The notes beneath the pieces were generated by a model. The model worked only from the letters and a program-made list of their open reading frames with translations, was not told the origin of the DNA and did not search any database. A DNA stretch of 64,000 bases from the human T2T-CHM13v2.0 reference genome, Homo sapiens. A program made the translations under genes and the position numbers. Shown here in pieces: positions 30,358 through 43,733 of this stretch. The DNA lies in assembly GCF_009914755.1 (NCBI RefSeq), contig NC_060928.1. One strand, given 5' to 3'. Position 1 is the stretch's first letter; every line of letters begins with the position of its first letter.

Positions 30358-30713
30358 TGATATGGTTTGGCTGTGTCTCCACCCAAATCTCACCTTGAAA
30401 TGTAACAATTCCCACATGTCAAGGGTGGGGCCAGGTGGAGATAATTGAAACTTGGGGTGGTTTCCCCATACTATTCTCACAGTAGTGAATAAGTCTCACA
30501 AGATCTGATGGTTTTATAAATGGGAGTTCCCCTGCCCATGCTCTCTCTTGCCTCATGCCATGTAAGAGATCCCTTTGCTCTTTCTTTGTCTTCTGCCATG
30601 ATTGTAAGGCCTCCCTAGCCATGTGGAACTGTGAGTCCCTTAAGCCTCTTTCCTTTATAAATTACCCTGTCTTGGGTATGTCTTTACTAGCAGCATGAGA
30701 ACTGACTAATACA
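30358..30713 (+). mobile_element. THE1 (THE1C-like) solo LTR inserted in an antisense L2
   Basis: TGATATGGTTTGGCTGTGTC...GACTAATACA; L2-like flanks 30290-30357 and 30714-30950. Confidence 0.92.
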
Positions 30714-31050
30714 GGCAGTGAGGGGGTGCAGTGGGAGATAAGAAGGGTGAGGGGCAGGCTCCTGTGAGGACTTGGGTTTGCACTCCAAGTGAGATGGAAA
30801 CCACTGAAGGATTTTGAGTAGAGGAGTGATCTATCTGACTTGTGTTCTGAGATGATCACTCTGGTTGATGTGTGGGGATTAGATAGTAGGGGTCAGAGTG
30901 AAAGCAGGGCCACAGGGAGAAGGCCAGTGGAATGATCCAGATGAGACTCAGCACTGAACCTGTCACACAGTGAGTGCTCCTAGGATGGCAACTATAATTA
31001 TCATTATGAACTTGACATACCAGCCTGGCTTACTTTTCACTGCTTGCTCA

Positions 31051-31419
<369 letters not shown>

Positions 31420-33392
31420 TGAGTCTAAGTTTCCTTTTGTAGTTTAAAAACTGGCCATGAATGCAATTCCCTAAGAAAGTTTTCATGTTTAAGCAATTAT
31501 ATGAGAGGTTCCTATGGAAAGATCTTTGAAAGATGGGCTCCTGTTTGCAGGTAAGAACTCCAGTGTGCTTGTAAAAGCCAGTCTCTGGTTTTGTAGTCAC
31601 ACCTAGGCCTAAGAGATGCAAAACTCAGAAGAGAGAAAAGGAAAACCCTCTATTACCATTATAAGAGTTCACATATCCAGAGCAAAATTGTTTTGCTTCA
31701 GAAAAATTCTAATCAAGGCAGCCTTGGAGTTAATTTTTCCCACGTGTGCAGCCCACATGGCTACCTCAGCAAATGCCTTTTAATTCTTTTTAAGGAGTTG
31801 CTGCATCCATTGACTGTCTAGCCCTCCACCATAAGGATAAGTCTGCACAGGCTTCATAACAAGGCATCCTCCTCAAACTGCTGGTTTTCTAAATTAGCAG
31901 AGTGCTTCTGCAAAGCAACATGGTATTAATGTAGCAGAAGCCACAAAGATGTCAGAAACACTATTCCTTTGCATTCATTCTAAGGCAATAATGAGAATAA
32001 ATAGTTATATGCAAGAAGATGCTTTTGGCAACATGTCCTAAAAAATGGTAAAAATTTGAGAAGTGAACAAATTACCTAACAATGTGGGAATAGTTTAGTA
32101 ACATATGAAATATTAGGCAGAGGAACATTTTAAATATGAAGCCTTCAGAAACATAGAAAATATTTTTGGCATGATGTTACGCAAAAAAGCAGGACACAAA
32201 ATAGACATTGCTTTGTGGTCACAAGTATATAAAATGCTTATGTGTGGTTAGACATGGGTGGAAAATGAGCAAAAAATGAAAATTATTACTTGAAGGTGCT
32301 GGAAATAGAATTTTTCACTTCAAAATATTTGTTGATGTTGTTGCTATGACAACTTTTCCATAAAAATGTTTAAAATAATTAAAAGTACCAAAGATGCGGA
32401 CTCCCTAAGGCTGGGCAAAATGATGCATTCTCTCATACACTGCTTACCAAGTGTTTTCTTCCCCTGTTGCTTAAGCACAGATTATATATCACCTGCTGAC
32501 ATTTGTCTTCTCACTTGCTGCTCCCTGGTAAGTCTTCAGAACGTGACCCACAGGCATCAAAGCCTCCAAACCAACACAGCCAGAGTTGGAAACACTTGAC
32601 GCCTCCACCTGGAATTTTATGACTCATCTCCTGTCCATAGAAACGGGGTCTGGGTGGATGAAAAAGTTTGAGTTAGATCCCTTTACCTAAGGGAACCATA
32701 TGGTCTATGCTTTTGAGTAATGAGTCATTTAAGCCAGACTAAGCTTGTAAACAAATTCATTTTTTCTGCCCCATGATAACCCATTCATTTATTTATTCAT
32801 TCAGTCCCCAAGCCTGGATGAAACAGCTTTCATTTGTCCAGAATTTGCTCTGCATTAAAGAAGTAAGATGCATCAGAAATAATCTTAATAAGAAGCTCAA
32901 AAGGGAACTGGGAAAGAGAAATACATCTTCAATTTTGTAAAATGAGTTACAGTCTTGCTTTCACCATTTGGGAAATGGAGGAAGGAGTTCCTACTTCACA
33001 AAGTTAAGGGAGGATTTAGTGAAATGTCACATGTAAAAAGCCTTCAGGAAATAGATAATGACTCAGGAAATGTGTCTTTCTTTCCTGTTGACATTTTATG
33101 CTGAGCTGCTGTCATCACTCTAACATGGAGGAATAAGGGAACTCCAGGGATTTTGCTGATGACAGGCAGGGAAGGGTCCTCAGAAGCAGAAATGTTCACG
33201 CCAAGCCTGGGAGGATGGGTAGGATTCCTCCAGGGGGAAGAGAGGGGACAAGGCCATTCCAGACTGAAGAAACTGGGTGCACATGTATGGACGGGGTGGG
33301 ACCATGCTACATGCATGCCCCTCCATGGGTATTGCTCTAGCATGCTTTACTTGCTTGGAGTTCAAGATTAGGTTACATTACTTTCAACATTC

Positions 33393-33672
33393 TGTGAGAA
33401 TAAAAAGAGACCAATCAAATGAAAATGAGCAAAAACTACTTATTCAAAATTTGCAATTGCAAGACAGTCAGCCACCATGACTCGTATTTGGCAGAAAATC
33501 AAAGGCAGGCAGAGGAGTGGGAAAACTTTATGGGCCCAGGACGCTTGCGCTGCGCAGCTCTGAATGGAAAAACTTTATCATGGAAGAAAGAGAAGGCTTC
33601 AGGTGTCCCCTGATCAGAGGCTGTTGGCATCGGGAAGCTGCAGTTGAGCTAATTAGAAGCAGGGCATCCTAG
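33393..33672 (-). mobile_element. Old LTR (ERV1-like, family uncertain), part left of LTR12C
   Basis: TG..CA-bounded element split by LTR12C; continues 35166-35718. Confidence 0.55.
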
Positions 33673-35161
33673 TGTGTCCGGAATTGGTGGGTTCTTGGTC
33701 TCACTTACTTCAAGAATGAAGCCGCGGACCCTCGCGTGAATGTTAGAGTTCTTAAAGGCGGCGTGTCCGGAGTTTGTTCCTTCTGATGTTCAGATGTGTT
33801 CAGAGTTTCTTCCTTCTGGTGGGTTCGTGGTCTCGCTGACTCAGGAGTGAAGCTGCAGACCTTCGTGGTGAGTGTTACAGCTCATAAAAGCAGCGTGGAC
33901 CCAAAGAGTGAGCAGTAGCAAGATTTATTGCAAAGAGCGAAAGAACAAAGCTTCCAGAGTGTGGAAGGGGACCCAAGCGGGTTGCCACTGCTAGCTCGGG
34001 CAGCCTGCTTTTATTCTCTTATCTGGGCCCACCCATGTCCTGCTGATTGGTAAAGCCCAGTGGTCTGTTTTGACAGGGCGCTGATTGGTGAGTTTACAAT
34101 CCCTGAGCTAGACATATGGGTTCTCCAAGGCCCCATCAGATTAGTTAGATACAGAGTATGGACACAAAGGTTCTCCAAGGCCCCACCAGAGCAGCTAGAT
34201 ACAGAGTGTGGGATTGGTGCATTCACAAACCCTGAGCTAGACACAGAGTGCTGATTGGTGTGTTTACAAACCTTGAGCTAGATACAGAGTGCCAATTGGT
34301 GTATTTACAATCCCTGAGCTAGACATAAAGGTTCTCCAAGGCCCCACCAGAGTAGCTAGATACAGAGTGTCCATTGGTGCATTCACAAACCCTGAGCTAG
34401 ACACAGGGTGCTGATTGGTTTGTTTACAAACCTTGAGCTAGATACAGAGTGCCGATTGGTGTATTTACAATCCCTGAGCTAGATATAAAGATTCTCAACG
34501 TCCCCACAAGACTCAGGAGCCCAGCTGGCTTCACCCAGTGGATCCCGCACCAGGGCTGCAGGTGGAGCTGCTTGCCAGTCCCAGTGCCGTGCACCCGCAC
34601 TCCTCAGCCCTTGGGTGGTCGATGGGACTGGGCGCCCTGGAGCAGGGGGTGGTGCTCGTCGGGGAGGCTCGGGCCACACAGGAGCCCATGGAGGGGGTGG
34701 GAGGCTCAGGCATGGTGGTCTGCAGGTCCCAAGCCCTGCCCCACGGGAAGGCAGCTAAGGCCCAGTGAGAAATCGAGCGCAGCGCCAGTGGGCTGGCACT
34801 GCTGGGGGACCCAGTACACCCTCTGCAGCTGCTGGTCCGGATGCTAAGCCCCTCATTGCCCAGGGCTGGCAGGGCTGGCTGGCTGCTCCGAGTGCGGGGC
34901 CGCCAAGCCTATGCCCACCCGGAACTCCAGCTAGCCTGCAAGTGCGGTGTGCAGCCCTGGTTCCCGCTGGCGCCTCTCCCTCCACACCTCCCTGCAAGCT
35001 GAGGGAGCCGGCTCTGGCCTTGGCCAGCCCAGAAAGGGGCTCCCACAATGCAGCGGCGGGCTGAAGGGCTCCTCAAGTGCCACCAAATTGGGAGCCCAGG
35101 CAGAGGAGGTGCCGACAGTGAGCAAGGGCTATGAGGACTGCCAGCACTCTGTCACCTCTCA
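33673..35161 (-). mobile_element. LTR12C solo LTR (ERV9), complete, 1489 bp
   Basis: Ends TGTGTCCGGAATTGGTGGG / GTCACCTCTCA; tandem 41-bp repeats; exact 4-bp TSD CTAG 33669-33672 / 35162-35165. Confidence 0.96.
33980..34500 (-). promoter_or_regulatory. LTR12C U3 enhancer/promoter: CCAAT (NF-Y) array, GATA site, TATA-like box
   Basis: About 8 ATTGG motifs between 34045 and 34460; minus strand CCAGATAAGAGAATAAAAGCAGG at about 34003-34026. Confidence 0.75.
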
Positions 35162-35165
35162 CTAG

Positions 35166-35718
35166 GAGGTTGGTTAGGTGTGTATATTTGGGTTTCTGTA
35201 GTTGGTCCTAAGTTGGGGTGAGGACAAAAATTAGGGAAGCTGTCAGTTTTAATCAAGTCTACTTTGGGGTTACTGTTTGGCTTCCTGGATTATTGCTAGA
35301 GATAGTAGTCTGACTTCCTATAAGTCTGACGTAGCAGGCTGGCTTCCTGGGGCTGGTTACTATAGATAATCCATTGGTTTCCTGGGCTGGTTACTATCAG
35401 TTGGTTTCCTGGGCTGGTTACTATCAGTTGGTTTCCTGGACTGGTTACTGTAGATAACCAGTTGGCTTCCTGGGCTGGTTACTGTAGACAGTTGGTTTCT
35501 TGGGCTGGTTACTACAGATAATCAGTTGGTTTTCTGGGCTGGTTAGTGTAGATAATCGGCTGGTTTTCTGGGCTGGTTACTATGGATAATCAGTTGGCTT
35601 CCTGGGCTGGTTACTATAGATAATCAGTTGGCTTCCTGTGCAGGTTGCTGCAGATTATGAAGGAGTCCTATTTTTATGTATGGTCTGGCCATTGTCCATT
35701 TATATATTCACTCTCTCA
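35166..35718 (-). mobile_element. Old LTR (family uncertain), part right of LTR12C
   Basis: Reverse complement starts TGAGAGAGTGAATATATAAATGGACAATGGCCAGACC. Confidence 0.55.
35341..35650. repeat. 27-34-bp minisatellite, about 9-10 units
   Basis: Unit TTGG(T/C)TTCCTGGGCTGGTTACT(A/G)TAGATAATCAG. Confidence 0.92.
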
Positions 35719-36977
35719 AGTTAAATTAAATGCCCTGCATCCTCCATCTCACTTGGAGGGAAAATGTCATTTTTTCTCCCTGGAGCTCACCATAGGACCC
35801 ACTTGTGTCTAAAGGGTTAATTTTGAAAGTCTCCAGAGAGCCAAAACATAGGCATAGCCCTCCTGAGTATGGCAGATGCCCCCATCCCCACCCCAGCCCC
35901 CAGGCATACTCTTGTCAGCCCAGAACGTGCTTCATTGCTTTGCCTCTAGTCCTCCCCAACATCCTGGCAGCCTGGTAAGACCTGAAACTTTCTCTCTGGC
36001 CTTCCCTGGTGCTGTGCTTGGAACCAGTTTGTTTGCTGTCTGAAAGCACATGCTTGGCCCTCCTACCTGGCTACCAGAGCCAGAACTCGATTCATTCTTA
36101 GCAAATGGACTCGGATTATAATTGGCAGCAACTTTGACCATGATTTTGCAAAATACATATTTTTTTCCACAGATGGGTATTTCTTTTATTTCCCTCTACC
36201 AAGAAAAAAAATGAAATAACAACTTTTTCCCACCAAATGCACTTCTGTGAAAAGTTTGATTAATAACAGAGTCTGGACCTACTGTTCTCTGATGAGCTGA
36301 CTTTGCGCGGGGGCAGAGCTTAGAGAACTGAGAGAATCAGGAGTTGATGTGCCCTTTAGATGGTCTCTCTGAAAATCAGATGTCTCAACTGCAATTTTGG
36401 CAAATGCTGGGCTACAGTCAATTCTGGGATGAATTCTCTGACAGGTGCCTAAAATGATAATATTCTGGGCTGTTGATTAAAGCCTAATCCATATGTTTTA
36501 GATGCCAGATGTGCGAGCAAGCAAAGTCAACATGTAGTTGACAAAATGTGGGAGCCTGACTGATATTTGCCCCAGATAGACTGCTGGGGGATCTGCAAGT
36601 AAATGAAGTATTATTTTGGGAGGGTTAGGTCATAAAGCACAAAAGAGGTCACTTTGTCCTGAAAAGATAGAAAGAGCATTCAAAAATAATTTTTAATCTG
36701 CCTGGGTCTCAATCAGTTTATTTTTAAAAAGTGACTTGACCTTCAATTTGAGAAAATAATTATCTACTAAATGTCTTCCTGGCTTTAATATTAAAAATAA
36801 AAGACAGACATGTTTAAAGTAAGCAAAATGTAAAATAGAGGGTAACTATTGTATATTGGCTGCTCCTCAGAGCACTACTCTGAAGCAAGTCAGAACTGTT
36901 GGCTGATGAAATAGACCCTCTGGCTCAAAGGAGATGTGTCCTCAGCTTACACATGGACCCACTGTCTGCAAAACACT

Positions 36978-37321
36978 TGTATTAGTCCGTTTTCATGCTG
37001 CTGATGAAGATATATTCGAGACTGGGAAGAAAAAGAAGTTCAATGGACTTACAGTTCCACGTGGCTGGGGAAACCTCACAATTATGGCAGAAGGCAAGGA
37101 GGAGCAAGTCACATCTTACATGGATGGCAGTGGAAAAAGAGAGCTTGTGCAGGGAAACTCCTGTTTTTAAAACCATCAGATATCCTGAGACTTATTCACT
37201 ATCACAAGAACAGCACAGGAAAGACCCGTCTCCATGATTCGATTATCTCCCACCCAGTCCCTCCCACAACATGTGGGAATTCAAGATGAGATTTGGATGG
37301 GGACACAGCGAAACCATATCA
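36978..37321 (-). mobile_element. THE1 (B/C-like) solo LTR
   Basis: TGTATTAGTCCGTTTTCATGCTGCTG...AAACCATATCA; exact 5-bp TSD ACACT 36973-36977 / 37322-37326. Confidence 0.93.
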
Positions 37322-37373
37322 ACACTATGCTTTATTCTATGGTAGATGAGAGAAAGGTGATATTTGTCTAAAA

Positions 37374-37586
37374 CGGTGGTTCTCAAGCAGGGCCATTCTG
37401 CTTTCCAGGGCACACTGGGCAATGTCTGGAGACATTTTTAGTTGTCACACCTTAGGAAGTGCTTCTGGCATCTAATGAGTAGAGGCAGGGACTCTGTAAC
37501 CCTTCTATCATGCACAACACAGCCCCCACCACAAGGCATTATCTGGCCCCAAATGTCAATTGTGCTAAGGAGGTTGAGAAGCCCTG
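37374..37586 (+). mobile_element. MER20 hAT-Charlie
   Basis: GGCAATGTCTGGAGACATTTTTAGTTGTCAC...CTGGCCCCAAATGTCAAT...GGTTGAGAAGCCCTG. Confidence 0.88.
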
Positions 37587-37819
37587 GTCTCAAGTAAGCT
37601 GTCCACTCCATTCTCTGAGGAAGCTAAAATTGCTGGTGAGGACAGCTGACTCTGGAATGTATTGGACAGAAGGGGGAGACAGCCAGAGACTGCAAGTTCT
37701 GGCAGGAAGTGGATTATGGGCTGGCGATTGCTACCATCCTCCTCCTCACTATCACATCACCACTCCTGCCTCACCTTCCTGGGATGCCCTTGTATCAGGC
37801 ACCACATTACTTGCCTGGA

Positions 37820-38165
37820 AAATCCATGACTCTTGACCTCTGTATGTTGGTCCCTCTGCCTGAATATCCCACTGCCCCTTTCTCTTTGGAAAAATCCTAA
37901 CTATCTCTTAAGACCCTACTCAAATGCTAGACATCTCCATTGTGACACCTTCTCTGAACCCCTCTTCCCAACCTCCCTGCCCTTGTAGGCAGAGAAGATT
38001 CTCCCTCTCCTCTGTCTCCCACGATAGCACTTATCACATTTTATTGTGATGATTTGTTTGCATTTTAGAGAAATCTGAGCTTCTGGAAATTAGGCATGGA
38101 GTCTTTCCCATCTTTGTCTTCCTAAGACCTGGCATCATGTCTAGCACTTAGTAGGTGAATGATAA
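37820..38165 (+). mobile_element. L2 3' fragment
   Basis: CCCTCTGCCTGAATA...CTTAAGACCCTACTCAAATG...TAGCACTTAGTAGGTG. Confidence 0.6.
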
Positions 38166-38536
38166 TTTTCTGCCAACTTACTTCTTTAAAATGATCCCCA
38201 CATACTATGCCTTTCCCACAGGGAGCATAAATTTCATAAACAGAGAGCAACAGCTTTTGTTGTGACTCAAAGAAAATGTGTGTTGTCGGGGTTGCATGTA
38301 AATCTCCTAGCACAATGCCTGACACATGGATTTATTAAATGAGCATTGTTTCCTTTCAGCTTCCCTTCAAAGCAGCTAGGGTAGCTCAATGAGAAGCATG
38401 GCACAGCCTTACGGCACATGCAGGGATGAAGGTATGATTAAGACTGCTATGATTAAGACTGGCTATTGTCACTGAGAAAAGTGTCTTCTGCCCAATTCTT
38501 ACCATAGCCTGTCACCCCATCCTCGACCCATACATG

Positions 38537-38977
38537 TGTGGCAAAGGAGACCAGAGAAATGCACAACCAGATCCATCCTCCCTTTCGTCACACACAGGTG
38601 CAGCTAGCAAGTGGCTGCCCAGGCAGGGACTGGGTCTCCAACCTCCTTGAGTCTAACCGTGGGTACAAGACTGGTTCTCAGCAGTCCAGTGTGAGCGGAT
38701 GTGATCTATATGCCACTGGCCCAAAGCTTTTAAAAAGTAGGCATGTCACCTCCCTGCTCTGTCTCCTCTTCTGCTGGCCAGGTGCAGATAGCAGCGAGAC
38801 ACTGGGAAATGGCAAAGTCACAGGAAAGGTAGAGTCTGGGTGCCTGAATCCCTGCATTGAGGGAGGCCACTGCCAGAAACTTTGGACCATTACACTAATA
38901 TGAAAGAAGCTGCTACTATATCTTATATGTTTTAGGGTTAATTTGTTACAGTTATTTAGCCTACCTTAATTAATTCA
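38537..38977 (+). mobile_element. MLT1 (I/J-like) LTR
   Basis: GAGTCTGGGTGCCTGAATC...TTTGTTACAG...CCTTAATTAATTCA. Confidence 0.6.
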
Positions 38978-39908
38978 CCATACTTTTATAATTAAAACAA
39001 GTAGAGCCGTGTTCAAGGTGACAAATGGCATAATGCTTCTCTCCTCTCCCTCACTAAAATGATGCCAAGAAATAACAGCAAGGACAGGAGGGGGCCAATC
39101 AGAGTAGGAGAGTGCTCAGCAGGTTCCCAGGAGGGAGGAAGCAGATGAAAGAGCACTGACCACTGAAGCAGGGTGGAGCATGCCACATCCAGACCCATTG
39201 CCCTGTGTGGAGAGAGACTGGAGTGTCTTTAGGGTTCTACCTGCTAGAGTCCCAGGGACACTCCAGACTTGGAAACTGCACGTGGTTCAATGGAGAACAA
39301 GAGTGAGGAGTGAGGTATAAAATTGGAGTGTTATTTAATGGTCAGTCTGTGGAACAAAATGACCCACAGCAACCCCTCCAATCCAGTGCTCAGAATGGCC
39401 AGCAGCCAGGCATTCAGCATCCCTAACCCCACTAACATGAAGAAGGTTATTCTCTAATGAGACCAAACATGCTGTCTAAGATTAACCAGGATAGTTAGTG
39501 TGAGTGTTAATGTCTCCAATAAACTGCATTCTGATGTTAAGAGGGGCTACCAGCAGAAGGGACAGCTCCCTTCCCACTCATCCTAAAGTGAAGCCCGTTG
39601 GCCAATAAGCTCTACTCCCCTAGGCAGAGCTCTGAGCCCTGCTGTTTATTGATTTTGACATGAATATGAATAAGTAAGCAAGGGTCTCCAGAAATTTGAA
39701 AACAAACTGTAATGTCAGGGAAAGACTAAGAGAAGCAAACTGTCAAGGAAACAGAAATTTAGAGAACCAAAGAGGTCCTTGCTGCCAAAATCCTACAATG
39801 ATATTGTCAGAAAAATTAGAGAAGATACAGCATGTATGAATAGGATGCTGTGAGAAAGAGACAATCAAAGAACAAGAATGGAATTTTGGAAATTTAAAAT
39901 GTGGTTAC

Positions 39909-40642
39909 TGAGACAAATCTCCCATGGAGAAGAATTTCAGATAAATTATGTAGATGCTTCACCCTCAAGTTGGGGAACATAAATTCCCATTCCTTGAGTG
40001 TGGACTGTGCATAGTCACTTCCTACCGAAGAGTACAGTGTGGAAAGGGTAAGAGCAGGAAAAGCGTAACTCTGAAGTGGAGAAACTTAACAAACACAGTC
40101 TCAGCCAGGTGATCAAGGTCAACATCAAACATCATAAATCATGTTGATAGAATGTTCTATTGACATGGCGTGATGCAAATGGCACTTTACCACTGTGATC
40201 CTCCTCCCAGTAACTCACTGACCCAGTAATATCATGAGAAAAACATTAGATAAATTCAAATAGTGGGCCATCCTACAAAATATCTGATCAGTATTCCTCA
40301 AAACAGTCAAGTCATCAAAAGCAAGGAAAGTCTGAGAAACTGCTATAGTCAAGAGGAGCCTGAAGAGACAATGCAATTACATGTAATGTGGTAGCTTGCA
40401 TAGGGTCCTGGTCAAGAAAAAGAACAGTAGTTAAAAGCTAAGGACATCTAAATAAGCTATGAGCTTTGGTTAATAATAATGTATCAATATAATATAGGTT
40501 TATCAACTGTGACCACTGTCACTTACTAATGTAAGATGTTACTAATAGGAGAAATGGGGTACATGGTATATGGGAACTCTTTGTATGGTCTTTTCAATGT
40601 TTTGGTAAATCTAAAACTGTTCAAAAAATAAAGTCTGTTTTA
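39909..40642 (+). mobile_element. L1MC/L1MD-type 3' end
   Basis: CTCAGCCAGGTGATCAAGGTCAACATC...GTAAATCTAAAACTGTT; TSD AAAATGTGGTTAC 39896-39908 / 40643-40655. Confidence 0.85.
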
Positions 40643-40913
40643 AAAATGTGGTTACAGAATTCAGAAAGTTAATAGACAAACTGAAAGAGAAAGCTGAGAA
40701 ATTTTTCCAAACAGTGGTACAAGAAGATGAAGAATAGGGAGATAGCAGTGAAAAGGTAAGCAATAGAAATGATTAATTTAGTTGATTGACCTTTCTACTA
40801 ATATAGGTTCTAGAAAGCAAAAATAAGGAAAAATTGATGGGAAGAAATTGTCAGAGAAAGAGTGCACGAACATTTATGAAATAAGACATGAGTATTCAAA
40901 GTGAAAGTCTATC

Positions 40914-40939
40914 CATATATATATATATGGGTATATATA

Positions 40940-40988
<49 letters not shown>
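40914..40988. repeat. Compound (TA)n(TG)n(TA)n microsatellite
   Basis: Directly visible. Confidence 0.95.
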
Positions 40989-40991
<3 letters not shown>

Positions 40992-43000
40992 GATAAATGA
41001 AAAAAGATTAATAACCAGAATGTCCAGTTGCATTGTTTGAAAAGATGCAATTCTGCTATCGGAGAAAAGAAAACAAATGGGATGGGAATGAAACACTTAA
41101 GATATCTTAAGTACAGATTATGTAGTAAGTGGAATATGTCTGTGTTATACATAGAAGGGATGGAAGAACCAAAAGATAATTAATATTCATGAGGCATTAA
41201 ATATACATAAGGCACCTGGATACAAAATAGTCATGATATATTGAATATTCACCATGCTCAGTGAATACTCAGAAATTGCTGAATATACATAAGACAAGAT
41301 GTATTTAGTATTCAGAGGCCTAATCCAACTACCCATTAGCAACACCATTTTGGCTTCACATGTCCTCTGCTCAAGAAACAGTACTGAAACCCACAGCTAC
41401 TAAGCAGGCTAATTGGCTAGCTATAGCTATGGCCAGACATACCTGCCCTGCATCTCTCCAACAGGGCAAGTCTGTGCCATGGCCCTGGGGGGCTTCCATC
41501 TCTGGGCTCCCTGGCCTAAACACTATCCAACTTTGGTCCTACTAAGCTACCATCAGTGGGGAAGGCTGATGTGGCAGAGAGAGGGAGAGAGAAGAGAGAG
41601 ACACATACAGGTTGTGTACCCAGGACCAGTAGTGTGGTTCTTCTACCCTGCTTGCAACCTTACTTAAGGGTTAACTTACATAATTGATTTCCCTTAGCTT
41701 TTGTCTTTATGCATTACATTTTTAATTGATTTAATAAGCTGTGTGATCCCCACATTTTTATTTGGTCTGCGAGTCTGTCTTTTCTGTCAGCCGTGCAGGA
41801 AGAAGTACACTGATGCTTTCTCTGCCAGGAAGTATGTTTGAAGGCTACATTGCATCTGAGCAGTTATTGACATGACAATTCCCAGGCACATCATTGTGGA
41901 ATGTCAGAACATTAGAGATAAAGGAAAAATTGTAATGCTTTCAGAAAGATGAAAGAGTTCGCTTACAAATAAACAAGAATTACGCAAAAGGCTTCTCATT
42001 AACTGCAACTGAGGCTAAAAGACAAATAAGAAATGCCTCCAAAGAACTGAAAGAAAATTATTCGCAACCTAAAATTCTATACGTTACCAAAATATTAGTA
42101 AAGTGACATAATAAAATTATTGTCAGGTTTGCAAGGATCCTTAAAGTTTACCTCCTCCACATTCATTGTCAGAAGATACTTGAGGATGTGATCTGGAAAA
42201 ATGAAAGAGTAAACGAAAAGTCAGGATGACTTGGGACACAGGAAACTGGAAAACAAGGGGCAAGGTTGTTTCCAGAGATATGATACTATGTGTGAGGCTT
42301 AAAAAGGCAATAAACACAAAAAGCAGGGGAGACAAGGCAATCAAAACAACAGAAAAAAAACAAACCTACATATGGTAGAAAAATGTAATCAAAGTGAACT
42401 ATTTGACCCTGTAATGAGCAATCTGTATGTACTCTTAACAATGTAACCGTGATTTACTAACTTTGTACAGTTAGACTGAACCCCTAAACAAATCTTCATT
42501 ATGCACACAGAAAGCAATCTAAATATTTCTGCCATGATGATGTTAGTGGAAAACTACAAATGGTAAAGTAGGGGATAAAGTGAGAGATAAACCCTGCAGT
42601 AAGAGTAAGGAGACTAATATTTTCATCTTATAAAAAGCAAAGTTGAGAAACAATTCCTGTATTTGATAATTCAAGAAATACTGATGTAAATATTTAAAGT
42701 TTCAAAGGTAACCAACATAGGAAAGAAAAAAGAATGTTGTAACTATTTGGGAATGAATGGCAGAAGAACTGCTTCAGGTGAGCTAATCCCTCATCTGTCA
42801 GAGCAGGAAATTAGTAGATAATTTCTAAAATTGATAAGGAGTATAGTTATATACTTACTGACATGGAGGAACCATGAGAAGAATTCAAAACAGATACTAT
42901 TAAATGAATTACAAATAATCATCTCCTCTTCCCAAGCTGAACTTGGGAAGATTTTTGGCCAGAGACTGATGCATTGTGTTCCAAGTCCTTGTATATGGTA

Positions 43001-43333
43001 CTTTCTTTTTCTTTTTCTTTCTTTCTTTCTTTTTTTTTTTTTTTTTTTTCTTGAGACAGAGTTTTGCTCTGTCACCCAGGCTGGAGTGCAGTGGTGCTAT
43101 CACAGCTGACTGCAGCCTCAACCTCCCAGGCTTAAGTGATTCTCCCACCCCAGCCTCCTGAGTAGCTGGGACTACAGGCACATGCCACCAGGCCTGGCTA
43201 ATTTTTGTATTTTTATAGAGACAGAATCTCACTATGTTGCCCAGGCTGATCTCAAATTCCTGCGCTCAAGTAATCCACCCGCCTAGGCCTCCCAAAGTGC
43301 TGAGAATACAGGTGTGAGTCACTGCACCCAGCC
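43001..43333 (-). mobile_element. AluJ
   Basis: CACAGCTGACTGCAGCCTCAACCTCCCAGGCTTAAG; TSD CCTTGTATAT 42987-42996 / 43334-43343. Confidence 0.9.
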
Positions 43334-43733
43334 CCTTGTATATAATTTTTATAAAACAATGTGCTCATATTGCTTTGATAGATATTTGTATCCTCCTCAC
43401 TCTAGGCTGGCACTAGGCACCTGGCTCAGCATCTTCCCACTGAGCCAGCCACAAGGACTGGAGCTGAGATATTGTGCATGCCCTCACATATGCAAGCCTT
43501 GCTTAAGTTTAAATGCACAGCACAAAAACAATTTTCTAGCTGTCAGGATTTTACACTTATAACTTCAGTCCCACATTCTGTAAAATATTGGTTTCTATTG
43601 AGAGAGAAGACACCAAAAAATAAAATAGAAAAAATTAATCTTGTTCAACCTCTTCATCATGCATCACAAGTCCTTTCCTCTACTGAATGTCCTCTTCTAT
43701 CCACACCCAACCCCACCACCTCCACTACCTCAG

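Larger units (their letters stand above)
39600..42960 (+). mobile_element. Highly decayed A-rich L1/HAL1-like ORF1-region relic (interrupted)
   Basis: A-rich ORF1-like tracts such as CCAGGCACATCATTGTGGAATGTCAGAACATTAGAGATAAAG and CAACCTAAAATTCTATAC. Confidence 0.5.

Noticed and set aside
34040-34500. Regularly spaced repeats resembling a CRISPR array
   Set aside because: LTR12 U3 tandem repeats; no unique spacers, no cas genes, eukaryotic context
34449-35165. Cluster of overlapping ORFs and CpG-island-like sequence
   Set aside because: GC-rich interior of LTR12C
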